Source: Spirochaetia bacterium (lineage in GTDB: Bacteria; Spirochaetota; Spirochaetia; UBA9216). Taken from it: DNA of 64,000 nt. Below the pieces are notes generated by a model that saw only the letters and a program-made list of their open reading frames with translations, did not search any database and was not told the origin of the DNA. Position 1 is the first letter of the stretch. The number at the start of each line of letters is the position of its first letter. This document shows, piece by piece, positions 21,312-31,718 of the stretch. Location: NCBI GenBank assembly GCA_963675665.1, contig OY776510.1:2560001-2624000 (forward strand), written 5' to 3'. The position numbers and the translations under genes are program-made.

Positions 21312-22604
21312 TTAGAACTTCCAGATTAATCCTGTTAATACAAGAATTACAATAAAGCTGACAATCTGCAGTATCCAGCCCGATTTAACGAAATCTATGA
21401 ATTTCAGTCTGCCCGGTCCGACTATTGCAATATTCGGTCCCGTAGCAATGGGAGACATGAAACATGCACTTGCACTCATCGCAACAGCCATCAGAAAAGG
21501 ATAGGGGCTTACATCCGCCGCGGCAGCAGCTGCGACAGCTATAGGCGCTATAATCCCCGTGGCCGCAGTATTAAAGGTAAACTGCGTCAGCAGCATGGTC
21601 ATAAAGATGATAATAGCCATAAGAACAAACGGGGTACTTGTTATCCCGGTCATTCCTTCCGCAACCAGTTTGACTGCACCCGATTTGCTCAAGGCGGTGC
21701 TGAGAGAGAGAAGAGTTGCGAAGGAAATAACAGTTGTCCATGATACAGATGTATAGGCTTCTTTCCATGTGATAGTCCCGGTAGCAATAACGATTACAGC
21801 ACCCAGGGCGGCAGTAGTAAGAAGATTTAGATGCAATGTTTTCTTAATAAAGGGAACGTAGCTGCCAACAGCCATTATCAGAACAATAAGCACAAAAACA
21901 GTAACGGCAATCCACATCTTCTTTTTTCGGAACTGGAAACCGCTCTGATCCGCCGGCCCTTCATAATCTTCGGACGTAGTGTCGACGTCGTCAGTGGGCA
22001 TGAACTTCAGACTGATAAAGTAGATTACCAGAATGCCTATTGCCGCCAGAGGTATACCTACCAGGGCATAGTCAAAAAACTTGAACGGTTCAATCTGCAG
22101 ATTCATCGTATCCATTACACTGTTTACAACACCGTTCGGCGGTGTTCCGATGAGGGTAATTGTTCCTCCAAGGGATGATGCGAATGCCATGGCCAACAGA
22201 GCTTTCTTTGGAGAATAGCCGCCTTTTGTAACTCCGGCCATAACAATGGGGAGCAGACAGGCAATTACGCCCAGGTTTGACAGAAAGGCTGAAAGAATAA
22301 GTGAAATCACCATGATCCACAGCAGGAATAAATCCTCCCTGTCTTTCGACATCTTTATGGCAAATCGGCCTGCGATGTCTGCAAACCCGGTTCTGAACAG
22401 AGACTCTCCCACCATAAACATAAACATGAATATGAGAGGCCATTGATTTGCAAAGTTGGCAAAAGCTTCTCCGGCTGTAAGCACCCCTGTCATTACCAGC
22501 GCGACAGGTACGCCGATTGCTATGGCGGCAATAGGTATCTTTCCGATAATCAGTAGAATAACTGCAGCCAATACAATAATAATAGTTATAATTGCAGGAC
22601 TCAT
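21312..22604 (-). CDS. SLC13/DASS-family permease
   Basis: SAFLSN, GGTITLIGTPPN, FMSPIATGPN; many TM helices. Confidence 0.9.
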   Translation of the reverse strand: MSPAIITIIIVLAAVILLIIGKIPIAAIAIGVPVALVMTGVLTAGEAFANFANQWPLIFMFMFMVGESLFRTGFADIAGRFAIKMSKDREDLFLLWIMVISLILSAFLSNLGVIACLLPIVMAGVTKGGYSPKKALLAMAFASSLGGTITLIGTPPNGVVNSVMDTMNLQIEPFKFFDYALVGIPLAAIGILVIYFISLKFMPTDDVDTTSEDYEGPADQSGFQFRKKKMWIAVTVFVLIVLIMAVGSYVPFIKKTLHLNLLTTAALGAVIVIATGTITWKEAYTSVSWTTVISFATLLSLSTALSKSGAVKLVAEGMTGITSTPFVLMAIIIFMTMLLTQFTFNTAATGIIAPIAVAAAAAADVSPYPFLMAVAMSASACFMSPIATGPNIAIVGPGRLKFIDFVKSGWILQIVSFIVILVLTGLIWKF

Positions 22605-22853
22605 TTTTTTGCTCCTCCTTCTTGAATAAACATGTATACCGGTTCACCGGTACCACCAGTATACCGCATATGTTTAATATGTCAAACAAAAAAAACAATT
22701 TAGTATCAGGAGAACAAGCCGTTAAGGTGTTTTGCGGGATTTAAATGGTATTTATTTTGATCTGATGGGTTTCAGACAGGCATAAAGAGTATAATTCAGT
22801 TTCTTTAAGAGGATGCAGAGGATAGAAAGATTTCTGCAAGCCTCTGAATTCTG

Positions 22854-24197
22854 TCAGGTTGTTTCCGGAACCTCTTCCGCTTCTCCTTTCGTAACCATTC
22901 CCATTATTACAAAGGCTATAAGCATGAAGACTGCCCCGTTAATGAATATGGCCCTGTCGCCGAAAAGATCGCGCAATACGCCTGTCAGAATCGGGGCTAT
23001 GATTCCGGCCGCCTGTGAGAAGAAATAGTACAGTCCTGTATAAATACCCATATCGCTGTAGGTCGCCATTTGCCAGAGCATCGGAAAAGAGTTTGTTACA
23101 ATGGATACCCAGAACATTCCAAAAACAAACAGCAGCGCCCAGAAACTCAGGTAACGCGCTGCCCCGCTTATACCAAGGGCGGCGGTTACGGGGTAATGCA
23201 GAAAGCAGAGAACAAGAACTGCGGCGACAACGGTCAACGAAATCCTTATTGCTTTTTTTCTTCCGATTTTATGGGCAATTATGCCTGAAGGAATCGCAAA
23301 AATCGCATAGGCTATTCCGACCATCCCGGCCGACAGCGCGGCCGTGCCCGGTGAAAGTCCGAGGAATTCCTTTGAGTAGATTCCGACCCAGGGCAGTACG
23401 CCCTGGTACGCAATAAACCAGCACAGAAGGGAAATCAGTATGAACAGCGCGCTTTTATCCTTTGATGTAAAAATCAGTTTCAGAGATTTTATAATTGGAG
23501 GGTTTTTTTCTTCATTTTCCTGCGGATCCTTTCTTTCCTTTACGAAAAAGAACAGAAGCAGCACTGCGATAATTACCAGAAGCGCGGAAATTACAAAGGG
23601 GAGTTTGCCGATATATGTGGTTTCTCCGCCGGCGGATGTGCCTTCGAAAGGAACAATACTGTCGCCGAAAAGCGGAATACGGACCTTGACGTCGTAAAGT
23701 TTTGCGAGTCCTACAGTTCCTACTATTGCCGCTATCCCGCCCATGGTATTGATTACACCATTGGCTTCGGAACGGTAATTGCCGGGTATTATATCAGGCA
23801 TAAGCGCAACTACAGGCCCCCGGACTGCCTGTTTGAAGAGATTCAGAAAGAAAATACAGATTATCAGAAACATCAGGGATTTAAGAGCGGCGTTCGGCAT
23901 TAACGAGAAAAAGACGGCAGATGCCGGAAGCATTGTTATGATATACGGCATTCTGCGTCCGATTGGTGTTCGGGTGCGATCCGATAAAGCTGAGACAATC
24001 GGTATAAGAAGAATAGCAAAAAAATTATCAATACCCATTATGCTGCCGACAAGACTGTCTGAAGACAGAAAGTTGCTGAGGAACATCGGAACATAGGTGT
24101 CGTAAAGCGGATCCATCAGTCCCATGGTGAAAAAACCGAGACCGATCAGAAAAGTAATCCCGTAATAGGCTTTCATGCCTTTCTTCTCTTTTTCCAT
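22854..24197 (-). CDS. MFS transporter (SLC45/maltose transporter-like)
   Basis: SDRTRTPIGRRMPY motif; about 12 TM helices. Confidence 0.88.
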   Translation of the reverse strand: MEKEKKGMKAYYGITFLIGLGFFTMGLMDPLYDTYVPMFLSNFLSSDSLVGSIMGIDNFFAILLIPIVSALSDRTRTPIGRRMPYIITMLPASAVFFSLMPNAALKSLMFLIICIFFLNLFKQAVRGPVVALMPDIIPGNYRSEANGVINTMGGIAAIVGTVGLAKLYDVKVRIPLFGDSIVPFEGTSAGGETTYIGKLPFVISALLVIIAVLLLFFFVKERKDPQENEEKNPPIIKSLKLIFTSKDKSALFILISLLCWFIAYQGVLPWVGIYSKEFLGLSPGTAALSAGMVGIAYAIFAIPSGIIAHKIGRKKAIRISLTVVAAVLVLCFLHYPVTAALGISGAARYLSFWALLFVFGMFWVSIVTNSFPMLWQMATYSDMGIYTGLYYFFSQAAGIIAPILTGVLRDLFGDRAIFINGAVFMLIAFVIMGMVTKGEAEEVPETT

Positions 24198-24278
24198 ATT
24201 TACCCCTTTTTGTAAGCATTCATTAAATAAAAGAACCTCGAATGTTTAACCATAAAAGCAGGAAATCGAAAAGTCAAG

Positions 24279-24427
24279 AGCTTCTTGCAAAACTCGGTTA
24301 GTTTAGCAAGAAGCTTTGAAGAAAAAATTACAATTTTAAGTAATTATATACAGCATAGGAAGTTGTAATTTTTTCTTCAGTTATATTATGGAAGCTCTTT
24401 ACAAAACTCCCTGAGTTTTGAAAGAGC
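24279..24427. repeat. Three tandem palindromes (REP/MITE-like)
   Basis: agcttcttgc..gcaagaagct; 17-bp stem tgaagaaaaaattacaa/ttgtaattttttcttca; gctctttacaaaactc..gagttttgaaagagc. Confidence 0.7.
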
Positions 24428-24504
24428 CTCTCAAGTAAGGTTTTTTTTTAAAAACCGGCGGTTTTTAAAGAACATCAGTAGACACTGTTTCAGATGCGTT
24501 TAAT

Positions 24505-25596
24505 ATGCTAATATTCGGCATAAATATGAACAGAATCGACAGCCTTGAAAAACTTGAAATCAAACTGGCGGGAAATAATATCAGACTGACAGCACAGCAG
24601 CTTGAATGGTTCAGGGTGACATCGGAAGAGGACAGGCCGTATTTGCCGTTTCTGACCACCGGTGAATATCTTGATGCGGCGCTGTCCGCCGATGATGAAG
24701 GCCGGAAAGCCGTTCTTAAGCAGATAATTCCGGATGTCAGGGAGTTTGATGCAAAGGATTATGAACTTGAAGATCCGCTCGGTGAACAGAAATACTCTCC
24801 GCTTGCGAGGTTTGTTCACCGTTACCCCGATCGGGCAATAATCCTGGTTACCGACAGCTGTGCAATGTTCTGCCGGCACTGTTTCAGGCGTTCTTTTTCC
24901 GGAGGCAAAACCGGATCAATAACCGACGAGCAGCTGAAACAGATAACAGGCTACCTTTCCGGGCATGAAGAGATTAAAGAACTGCTTTTGACCGGAGGAG
25001 ACCCTCTTACACTGACTGCAGGCAGGCTTAAAACTATTATCAAAGAGGTAAAAACGGTTCGTCCGGAGCTTGTGGTCAGAATATGTTCACGAATTCCGGT
25101 TGTTGCGCCTGGCCGTATAACCGTTGAGCTTGCGGCAATGCTGTCGTCTTTCAGCGGAATCTGGTTTATTACACATTTTAATCATTCCGCCGAGCTTACT
25201 AATCGTTCAAAAGCCGCCCTGCAGCGACTTGTTAAAGCCGGAATTCCCGTTTTAAACCAGACTGTCCTTCTGCGGGGTGTAAACGACAGCCTTGAAACCC
25301 TTGCCGCCCTTTTTCAGAACCTGCTTATTAATGGTGTTAAACCATATTACCTGTTCCAGGGTGATCTGGCTGCAGGAACATCCCATTTGAGGGTGCCTCT
25401 TGAAGAAGCATTATTGCTGACGGCTGAATTGAAGTATAAAATATCGGGTATGGCAATGCCGAGGTTTGCGGTTGATTTACCGGGCGGCGGAGGAAAGATA
25501 ACCCTGCCGTCACAGTCTCATCCGATTGTAAAGTCGGATGATTACTACATAATAAAAGGACTGGACAATGAAGAGTACAGATATCCCGCGAATTAG
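24505..25596 (+). CDS. KamA-family radical SAM protein (lysine 2,3-aminomutase-like); start may be 24526
   Basis: DPLGE, HRYPDR, CAMFCRHCFRR, TGGDPL, HFNH, NQTVLLRGVND, PGGGGK. Confidence 0.92.
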   Translation: MLIFGINMNRIDSLEKLEIKLAGNNIRLTAQQLEWFRVTSEEDRPYLPFLTTGEYLDAALSADDEGRKAVLKQIIPDVREFDAKDYELEDPLGEQKYSPLARFVHRYPDRAIILVTDSCAMFCRHCFRRSFSGGKTGSITDEQLKQITGYLSGHEEIKELLLTGGDPLTLTAGRLKTIIKEVKTVRPELVVRICSRIPVVAPGRITVELAAMLSSFSGIWFITHFNHSAELTNRSKAALQRLVKAGIPVLNQTVLLRGVNDSLETLAALFQNLLINGVKPYYLFQGDLAAGTSHLRVPLEEALLLTAELKYKISGMAMPRFAVDLPGGGGKITLPSQSHPIVKSDDYYIIKGLDNEEYRYPAN

Positions 25597-26911
25597 AGAA
25601 TGGTTCGACAGTTATTCCAACTCCTTTTTAAAGGACGACAAAGTATTCAACGCAAATATCAGTTTAAAGATTGAACATTCATACAGAGTCCTTGAAAGAA
25701 TGTCCGAAATAGCGGATGCTCTTGGTTTAAAGGGGAAGAGACGGCATATCGCCCTGGCCTGTGCGCTGCTGCATGATGTCGGAAGATTTGAACAGTTCAA
25801 ACAGTACAGAACATTTGCCGACATACATTCAGAGGATCACGGGAAGCTGGGAAAAAAAGCAATTGAGCAGCACAACGTTCTTGAGCTGCTGTCTCCGCGG
25901 GCCGGAGAGCTAATCACCTTTGCTGTTGAGCACCACAACTCGAAATTCCTCCCTGACAATATTAGTGCCGAGCAGCGATTTTTTGCAGAACTGACCAGAG
26001 ACGCCGATAAAATCGATATCTTCAAGGTTATTACAGATTACTACCTCGACAGCAGCCCGGAGAAAGATCCTACTCTCGTGCATAACCTGCCTGATGTTCC
26101 CGTTATCAGCGATGAAGTATTTGATGAGTTTATGAAAGACGGTCATGTAAGTTTTGCCAATATGAAAACAGTAGCCGATTTCAAAGTCTTTCAGGTGGGC
26201 TGGGTGTGGGACATAAATAACCGTGCGGCGCTAAAAATTCTGGATAAACTCGGTTATGTCGACAGACTTATTGCTCTTTTGCCCGATACTGAACGCGGAC
26301 ACGTTGTTGCCGGGCGTTACCGTTCATTCATCAGAACGCTTGAAGATGAAAAAAGGCTCGGGTGGACGGAAATATCGCGCGACAAGCTTTTCGACTGCAG
26401 AATATTCAGCCTGTACCGTTCGAAGCGTAAATCGGTTGAAGAAAAGGTCTCAACTGCCTATATGCTTGAGGCTCCGGACTGGGTAACGGTAGTGCCCAAA
26501 CTGGAAAAAGACGGTAAAGAATATTTCGTCATGGTGCGTCAGTACAGGCACGGTTCGATGAAGATTACTACCGAGTTTCCGGCGGGGACTCTTGAACCGG
26601 GAGAAGAACCTGAAGATGCAGCGCTCAGGGAGCTTGAAGAAGAAACCGGTTATCGTGCCGGAAAGATTGTTTTTCTCGGCAGTGTTAACCCCAATCCCGC
26701 TTTTATGACAAACACTTTTACAGCATATCTTGCCGAAGATCTTGTTCAGACAGGTTCGCAAAACCTCGATGAACACGAATTTGTTGACTTTGAGCTGATT
26801 CCGGTACAGGATGTTATAAAACGTATGGGCAGCGGCGATTACAGTAACGGTACAATGCTGATGGCTTTGATGTACTATCTCAGGGAGACAGGGAAGATAA
26901 ATGGAATCTGA
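25568..26911 (+). CDS. HD-domain phosphohydrolase / Nudix hydrolase fusion
   Basis: EHSYRV, LLHDVGR, RDADK; C-terminal Nudix box GTLEPGEEPEDAALRELEEETGY. Confidence 0.88.
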   Translation: MKSTDIPRIREWFDSYSNSFLKDDKVFNANISLKIEHSYRVLERMSEIADALGLKGKRRHIALACALLHDVGRFEQFKQYRTFADIHSEDHGKLGKKAIEQHNVLELLSPRAGELITFAVEHHNSKFLPDNISAEQRFFAELTRDADKIDIFKVITDYYLDSSPEKDPTLVHNLPDVPVISDEVFDEFMKDGHVSFANMKTVADFKVFQVGWVWDINNRAALKILDKLGYVDRLIALLPDTERGHVVAGRYRSFIRTLEDEKRLGWTEISRDKLFDCRIFSLYRSKRKSVEEKVSTAYMLEAPDWVTVVPKLEKDGKEYFVMVRQYRHGSMKITTEFPAGTLEPGEEPEDAALRELEEETGYRAGKIVFLGSVNPNPAFMTNTFTAYLAEDLVQTGSQNLDEHEFVDFELIPVQDVIKRMGSGDYSNGTMLMALMYYLRETGKINGI

Positions 26912-28379
26912 AGAAACAACAAAAACAGGAAAAGGAGCATTAAAGCTTCTGGCAACTAAAAAAGGATCCCGGTTTGATTACCAGGCTGAAGCTAACTGGA
27001 TTCTGCTTCATAAGGATGATAAACCTCAAGCCGAAATGTTTTATGTAAGGTACACTGTTGTTACGGAGGAAGAGAAGACAAGACCGGTAACCTTTATTTT
27101 TAACGGCGGGCCCGGAGCGTCGTCCGTTTATCTCCATCTTGGGGCGGCAGGGCCTAGAAGGGTAGAGCTTACGGCGCAGGGACAGCCCTGGGCGTCGCCG
27201 TACAAGCTTACCGATAATGAAGAAACCTGGCTTGAGTTTTCCGATCTTGTTTTTATTGATCCCGTAGGAACCGGCTTCAGCAGAATGCTGGATGAAAAAC
27301 AGGTGAAGGATAAAAAAGAGGAAGACGAAAAAACTGTTAATTGTGACAAGAGAGAGAAGGATGAATACTGGAAGCTCAACCGTGATCTTGAATCGGTCAG
27401 CGAATTTATAAGGAAATTCCTGTCAAAATATTCTAGATGGGAATGTCCTGTTTATATTGCCGGGGAAAGTTACGGCGGATTCAGGGTAGGGAAACTTGTA
27501 AAGATGCTGCAGCAGGATTACGGTATAGGTCTTGCCGGGGCCGTGCTTATATCTCCTGCGCTTGAATTCAAGCAGTTGAACAGTTCCGACTATGATGTTC
27601 TTCCCTGGATAGATTCTTTTCCGGCAATGGCTGCCGCTGCGGCGCATCACGGTAAATCATGCAGGATAAAAGAAGGCGAAAGCCTTGAGCAGTTTCAGTT
27701 GCGGGCCGCGGAGTTTGCGCTTAATGAGCTGCTGCCGGTTCTTGCCGGCGGAGATCTTTTTCCGGAATCAAAACGGGCCCGTGTTTACAACAAAGCGGCT
27801 GATTTTATCGGCTTGCCGGGAAAAACTGTAGCTGCGGCTAACGGACGAATCAGCCTGGAGTATTTTGTTAAAAACCTTCTTCGAAGCGACAGATTGATCC
27901 TGGGATTATACGATGCCAGCGCCGTTGTGTCGGATCCGTATCCGGATCGTGATAAGCTTGATGCGCCCGACCCGACGCTTCACCAGCTTGAACGTGTTTT
28001 TGCCGCCGGTATAAACACCCGGCTTCGCGCAGAAATCGGTCTTGATACGGACCGCGACTATACGCTGTTAAGTATGAAGGTCAATGAAAGCTGGAAGCTT
28101 GACGCAAAGGAAAATTTTCTTGATGTCCAAATCGGAGCGGTAGATGATCTGCGTTACGGAATGAGCCTTAATCCCGAAATGAAAGTTTTCATCTCTCACG
28201 GTATTTTTGATCTTGTAACGCCGGCTTTTTCAACCGACAGGCTCACGGCTCTGATGAAACTTGGCCCGGAGCAGAAAAAAATGCTGACTGTAAAACATTA
28301 TCCCGGAGGACATATGTATTATACCTGGGCTGAAAGCAGGCGCGCCTTTTTTCGCGACTTAAAGGCTTTTTACGAATGA
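26901..28379 (+). CDS. Peptidase S10-family serine carboxypeptidase
   Basis: FNGGPGASS, IDPVGTGFS, GESYGG, GGHMYY. Confidence 0.92.
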   Translation: MESEETTKTGKGALKLLATKKGSRFDYQAEANWILLHKDDKPQAEMFYVRYTVVTEEEKTRPVTFIFNGGPGASSVYLHLGAAGPRRVELTAQGQPWASPYKLTDNEETWLEFSDLVFIDPVGTGFSRMLDEKQVKDKKEEDEKTVNCDKREKDEYWKLNRDLESVSEFIRKFLSKYSRWECPVYIAGESYGGFRVGKLVKMLQQDYGIGLAGAVLISPALEFKQLNSSDYDVLPWIDSFPAMAAAAAHHGKSCRIKEGESLEQFQLRAAEFALNELLPVLAGGDLFPESKRARVYNKAADFIGLPGKTVAAANGRISLEYFVKNLLRSDRLILGLYDASAVVSDPYPDRDKLDAPDPTLHQLERVFAAGINTRLRAEIGLDTDRDYTLLSMKVNESWKLDAKENFLDVQIGAVDDLRYGMSLNPEMKVFISHGIFDLVTPAFSTDRLTALMKLGPEQKKMLTVKHYPGGHMYYTWAESRRAFFRDLKAFYE

Positions 28380-28539
28380 TATATTACGCAGTTGATTCTG
28401 TTCTGTGCTATCGATCTGGAGATGAAAAAGCTGGACTATATTACTGGACATAACAGCTGATTTTTGTTATTCTCACTCTACATTTTATAAATTGGAGCCG
28501 TGCGTTACGCGCGGCTCTGTGTGACAAGTTAGCAAATTT

Positions 28540-28611
28540 GGCGCCGTACCCAAGTGGTAAGGGAGAGGTCTGCAAAACCTTGATGCAGCGGTTCGAATCC
28601 GCTCGGCGCCT
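28540..28611 (+). tRNA. tRNA-Cys (GCA), CCA not encoded
   Basis: ggcgccg/cggcgcc acceptor stem, anticodon arm gaggt-ctGCAaa-acctt, ggttcgaatcc T arm. Confidence 0.96.
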
Positions 28612-28613
28612 TA

Positions 28614-28652
28614 AAAAAAACGGGAAACGCATCAGTGTTTCCCGTTTTTTTT
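28614..28652. terminator. Bidirectional intrinsic terminator
   Basis: A-run cgggaaac..gtttcccg T-run between tRNA-Cys and convergent gene. Confidence 0.85.
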
Positions 28653-30249
28653 ATATTTTGCCTGCAGAAGCTTCCTGACGGAACTCGCTCGGCGAAACCC
28701 CGGTATTCTTCTTGAAAATAAAACTGAAATAATGAGGATCGCTATATCCGACTTCATATGTTATATCCGAGCATTTCATACTGCTGTTTAAAAGAAGTTC
28801 CTTTGCTCTGCTTATTCTTACACCGGTCAGATGCTCGATGAAGGTTTCGCCAACCTCCTGTGAAAAGATCGTACTGAAATGGTTGGGGCTGACATTCACG
28901 AACGAAGCCACCGAATTAAGCGAAATGTCCTGGCTCATGAAATTCTCGCTGATATAGTTTTTTGCTTTAAGAATTTTTGAGCTGTGTTTTTTGTGAACAT
29001 TGGTATCCCTGAAGAAGATCCAGTTCGAAATAATCTGACTGAGCATGCTGTGAAGATCCTGCCCTGATTTTACTGCTTCATTGATTTTCGCATCATCAAG
29101 GATGTCGGAAATTATATCCGCCGGGCTTCCGTTCAGGGCTTTTATCAGTTCGTAAAGAGAATGGCCTATGTCCCGGATTATCAGCCTGTAAAAGTCTGGC
29201 TTGTTTGAATCGGCAGCGCCTGTACCGCTGACTCTGAACAACTGGTTAAGCAGGTCATCTATTTCTTCTGTTTCAACAAACCTGAGCTGTGCAGTTACGG
29301 GATCATTATCAGTCTGAAGCTGTTCCAGCGTTTTGCTCCACCTCATATCGTCCGAACCGATAATAATCTTTTTGCCGGTCATGCGCATATATTTAACAGC
29401 CCGGTCAGCTTCTTTGTAGGACCTGACAATTTCGCTTATATAACCGACTACCGGACCTATTGCTACAGCTGTGCTGCAGTCGGTATTGCGTTCAATTTCA
29501 AATTTTATTCCCTGGGCCAGGGAATAAAGCATGTCAGGGTCTGCCTCAGGACTCAGGTTTTTGATCAGAAGGATCTGTTTGTCAATTCCCATGGAGAAGG
29601 AAACAACCTCTTCCCTGGCGGCGGTAATTGAAGAAAGTATCTTTTTTGCAATTGTAATCCGGGAATAATCTTCATGTTCGGAGGTGAGCTCCACCGCCAT
29701 TACAGCGTAGCCGCCCGGAAGCAGGTCCACGTTCATTGTTGCCGCTGTTTCTATAGCATTCAATGATTTAAGCTGGCCGGTTATAAGCTTGCCAAGCCAT
29801 TTCTCACGTATAATATCCTCTGAAGATTCTACCTTTTTTTTAAGATTTTCAATGCTGGTAATTCTGTTCTTTTCAGCTTCAATTTGCTTTACAACCTTAT
29901 CCAGGGTGCCGAGCATGTCCGCTGATGATACCGGTTTTAACAGATATTCCTCAACTCCGATTGAAATGGCTTCCCTGGCATATTTGAACTCATCGTGGCC
30001 CGAAAGAATTATAATCTTGATCCACGGCTGGTCTTTCCTGATTATCCGCGCCAGATCAAGCCCGTTCATAAAAGGCATTTTGATGTCGGTTATCAGTATG
30101 TCAGGCTTGATTTCCCGAAGGGCATGAAGAGCAAGTTCGCCGTCGGGAGCTTCGCCCGCAAAAGTGTAGGGGGTGTTTTCCCATGCTATGCAGTTGCGGA
30201 TTCCTTCACGTGTTACAATCTCGTCTTCAACCAAAAATACGCTATACAT
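28651..30249 (-). CDS. YesN-like response regulator (REC + AraC HTH)
   Basis: LVEDE, ITDIKMPFMNG; C-terminal AraC motifs (SPNHFSTIF, VGYSDPHYFSFIFKK). Confidence 0.93.
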   Translation of the reverse strand: MYSVFLVEDEIVTREGIRNCIAWENTPYTFAGEAPDGELALHALREIKPDILITDIKMPFMNGLDLARIIRKDQPWIKIIILSGHDEFKYAREAISIGVEEYLLKPVSSADMLGTLDKVVKQIEAEKNRITSIENLKKKVESSEDIIREKWLGKLITGQLKSLNAIETAATMNVDLLPGGYAVMAVELTSEHEDYSRITIAKKILSSITAAREEVVSFSMGIDKQILLIKNLSPEADPDMLYSLAQGIKFEIERNTDCSTAVAIGPVVGYISEIVRSYKEADRAVKYMRMTGKKIIIGSDDMRWSKTLEQLQTDNDPVTAQLRFVETEEIDDLLNQLFRVSGTGAADSNKPDFYRLIIRDIGHSLYELIKALNGSPADIISDILDDAKINEAVKSGQDLHSMLSQIISNWIFFRDTNVHKKHSSKILKAKNYISENFMSQDISLNSVASFVNVSPNHFSTIFSQEVGETFIEHLTGVRISRAKELLLNSSMKCSDITYEVGYSDPHYFSFIFKKNTGVSPSEFRQEASAGKI

Positions 30250-31717
30250 CTATGTTTATCTCCGGAACTTTAAAAGAAACCGTGGTTCCTTCCATATAAA
30301 CGCTATTAATATCAAGTCTGATGTCGCTATTATAATAAAGAGACAGTCTCTTGTTAACATTATATAACCCGTAGACATCATGCTTTTCAGAGGTGTCGAA
30401 GCTGCCGTTAATCTGTTCGCGTATATTTTCCAGTCTTTCAGGCTTTATTCCTATACCGTTGTCATTAACCTGAAAGCATAGATTCCCGTTTTCATGCCAG
30501 CCCCGAACAGAAAGCTTTCCTTTTCCGCGTTTGTTTTTGATGCCGTGATACAGGGCGTTCTCGACAATCGGCTGAAGCAGTATTTTCAGGATTGTTTTTT
30601 CCATAATCGCAGGCTCGAAGTCAATTGTGTAGTCGAGGATGTCCCTGTACCTGACTTTCTGTATGTTAAGGTAATTCTCGATGTGTTTGAACTCATTGCT
30701 TACCAGGGTCCAGTCGTTGCCGCGGTTAAGAGTGGTCCTGAAGAAACTTGAAAAGCTGCGGGCCACCGAGATGACCTGTTCGTTCTGCTTTCCCTCTGCC
30801 AGCCACACTATGGTATCAAGGGTATTATACAGGAAATGGGGAGTTATCTGCGCCTGCAGCGCCTTCATTTCCGATTTCTGGAGGTTCTTTTGCTCTTCGA
30901 TATTGGTATCGATCAGTTCCTTAATCTTGACGGCCATAATATTGAGGTTTTCGGTCAGATCATCAAGCTCTTCAACGTGGGGCAGCGACGCCCTGGCCGC
31001 CAGGTTTCCCGCGGCTATCTCGCTTGACAGTTTTACCAGTTCGTTTATCGGTTTATTGATGCTCAACGAGACCGAACGCTGGGTGAATATGGAGAACAGG
31101 GTAACTATAAGCACAACCAGGATCTGCATCAGCGAAAGAGTAACGGCAATCCGTTTTATACTTTCGTTTGTATTTGCAGCGGATTCTATTTCAAGCACGA
31201 TAAAATCCTGGAGGATGTCTGAAATGAGTTCCGATACGCCCCTTATTTCGTCAAGAATCTGTTCGTTTTCTGTAACCGGAAAATTATTCTGGATCTGCAG
31301 TCCCAGCCTGTCGACATACTGCGTAAGGGTATCCAGGGCCCTTCCCGAGACTTCAAGCATCTGCCTGTTCTCGGTAACTTCGGTATTGCGCAGGATCTCT
31401 TCAAGTCTGAACCTTATATCAATTATAATTTCGTACTGTTCGCCTTTGGAGAAATCAATGTTTCCGGCTACAATATCCCAGATTTCATTGCTTATATCCG
31501 TTTTAACTATCTGATTGAGCCTGTTTGTTCTGCTGACGTTGGTGATAATCCGGTCGTACTGGATTGTCTGAAACCAGGCGAAGGTTAAACTGAGAATCGG
31601 CGCCGTGATCATAAGGCAGATTATAATAACATATGAACTCTGGAGGGTTTGTCTGATGCTGGTTGTTTTTTTGTGAAAATTCATAAATAAACTGAAGACC
31701 CGAAACCGTTTTTTCAT
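30242..31717 (-). CDS. YesM/LytS-like sensor histidine kinase
   Basis: Two TMs, HAMP, LQAQITPHFLYNTL, QPIVENALYHG, DNGIGI. Confidence 0.93.
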   Translation of the reverse strand: MKKRFRVFSLFMNFHKKTTSIRQTLQSSYVIIICLMITAPILSLTFAWFQTIQYDRIITNVSRTNRLNQIVKTDISNEIWDIVAGNIDFSKGEQYEIIIDIRFRLEEILRNTEVTENRQMLEVSGRALDTLTQYVDRLGLQIQNNFPVTENEQILDEIRGVSELISDILQDFIVLEIESAANTNESIKRIAVTLSLMQILVVLIVTLFSIFTQRSVSLSINKPINELVKLSSEIAAGNLAARASLPHVEELDDLTENLNIMAVKIKELIDTNIEEQKNLQKSEMKALQAQITPHFLYNTLDTIVWLAEGKQNEQVISVARSFSSFFRTTLNRGNDWTLVSNEFKHIENYLNIQKVRYRDILDYTIDFEPAIMEKTILKILLQPIVENALYHGIKNKRGKGKLSVRGWHENGNLCFQVNDNGIGIKPERLENIREQINGSFDTSEKHDVYGLYNVNKRLSLYYNSDIRLDINSVYMEGTTVSFKVPEINIDV

Positions 31718-31718
31718 T

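Noticed and set aside
22638-22664. FadR-type operator (ggt..acc repeats) upstream of the SLC13 operon
   Set aside because: Plausible, but too short and degenerate to support without comparative data
28441-28632. 63-aa minus-strand ORF
   Set aside because: Antisense to tRNA-Cys and its terminator
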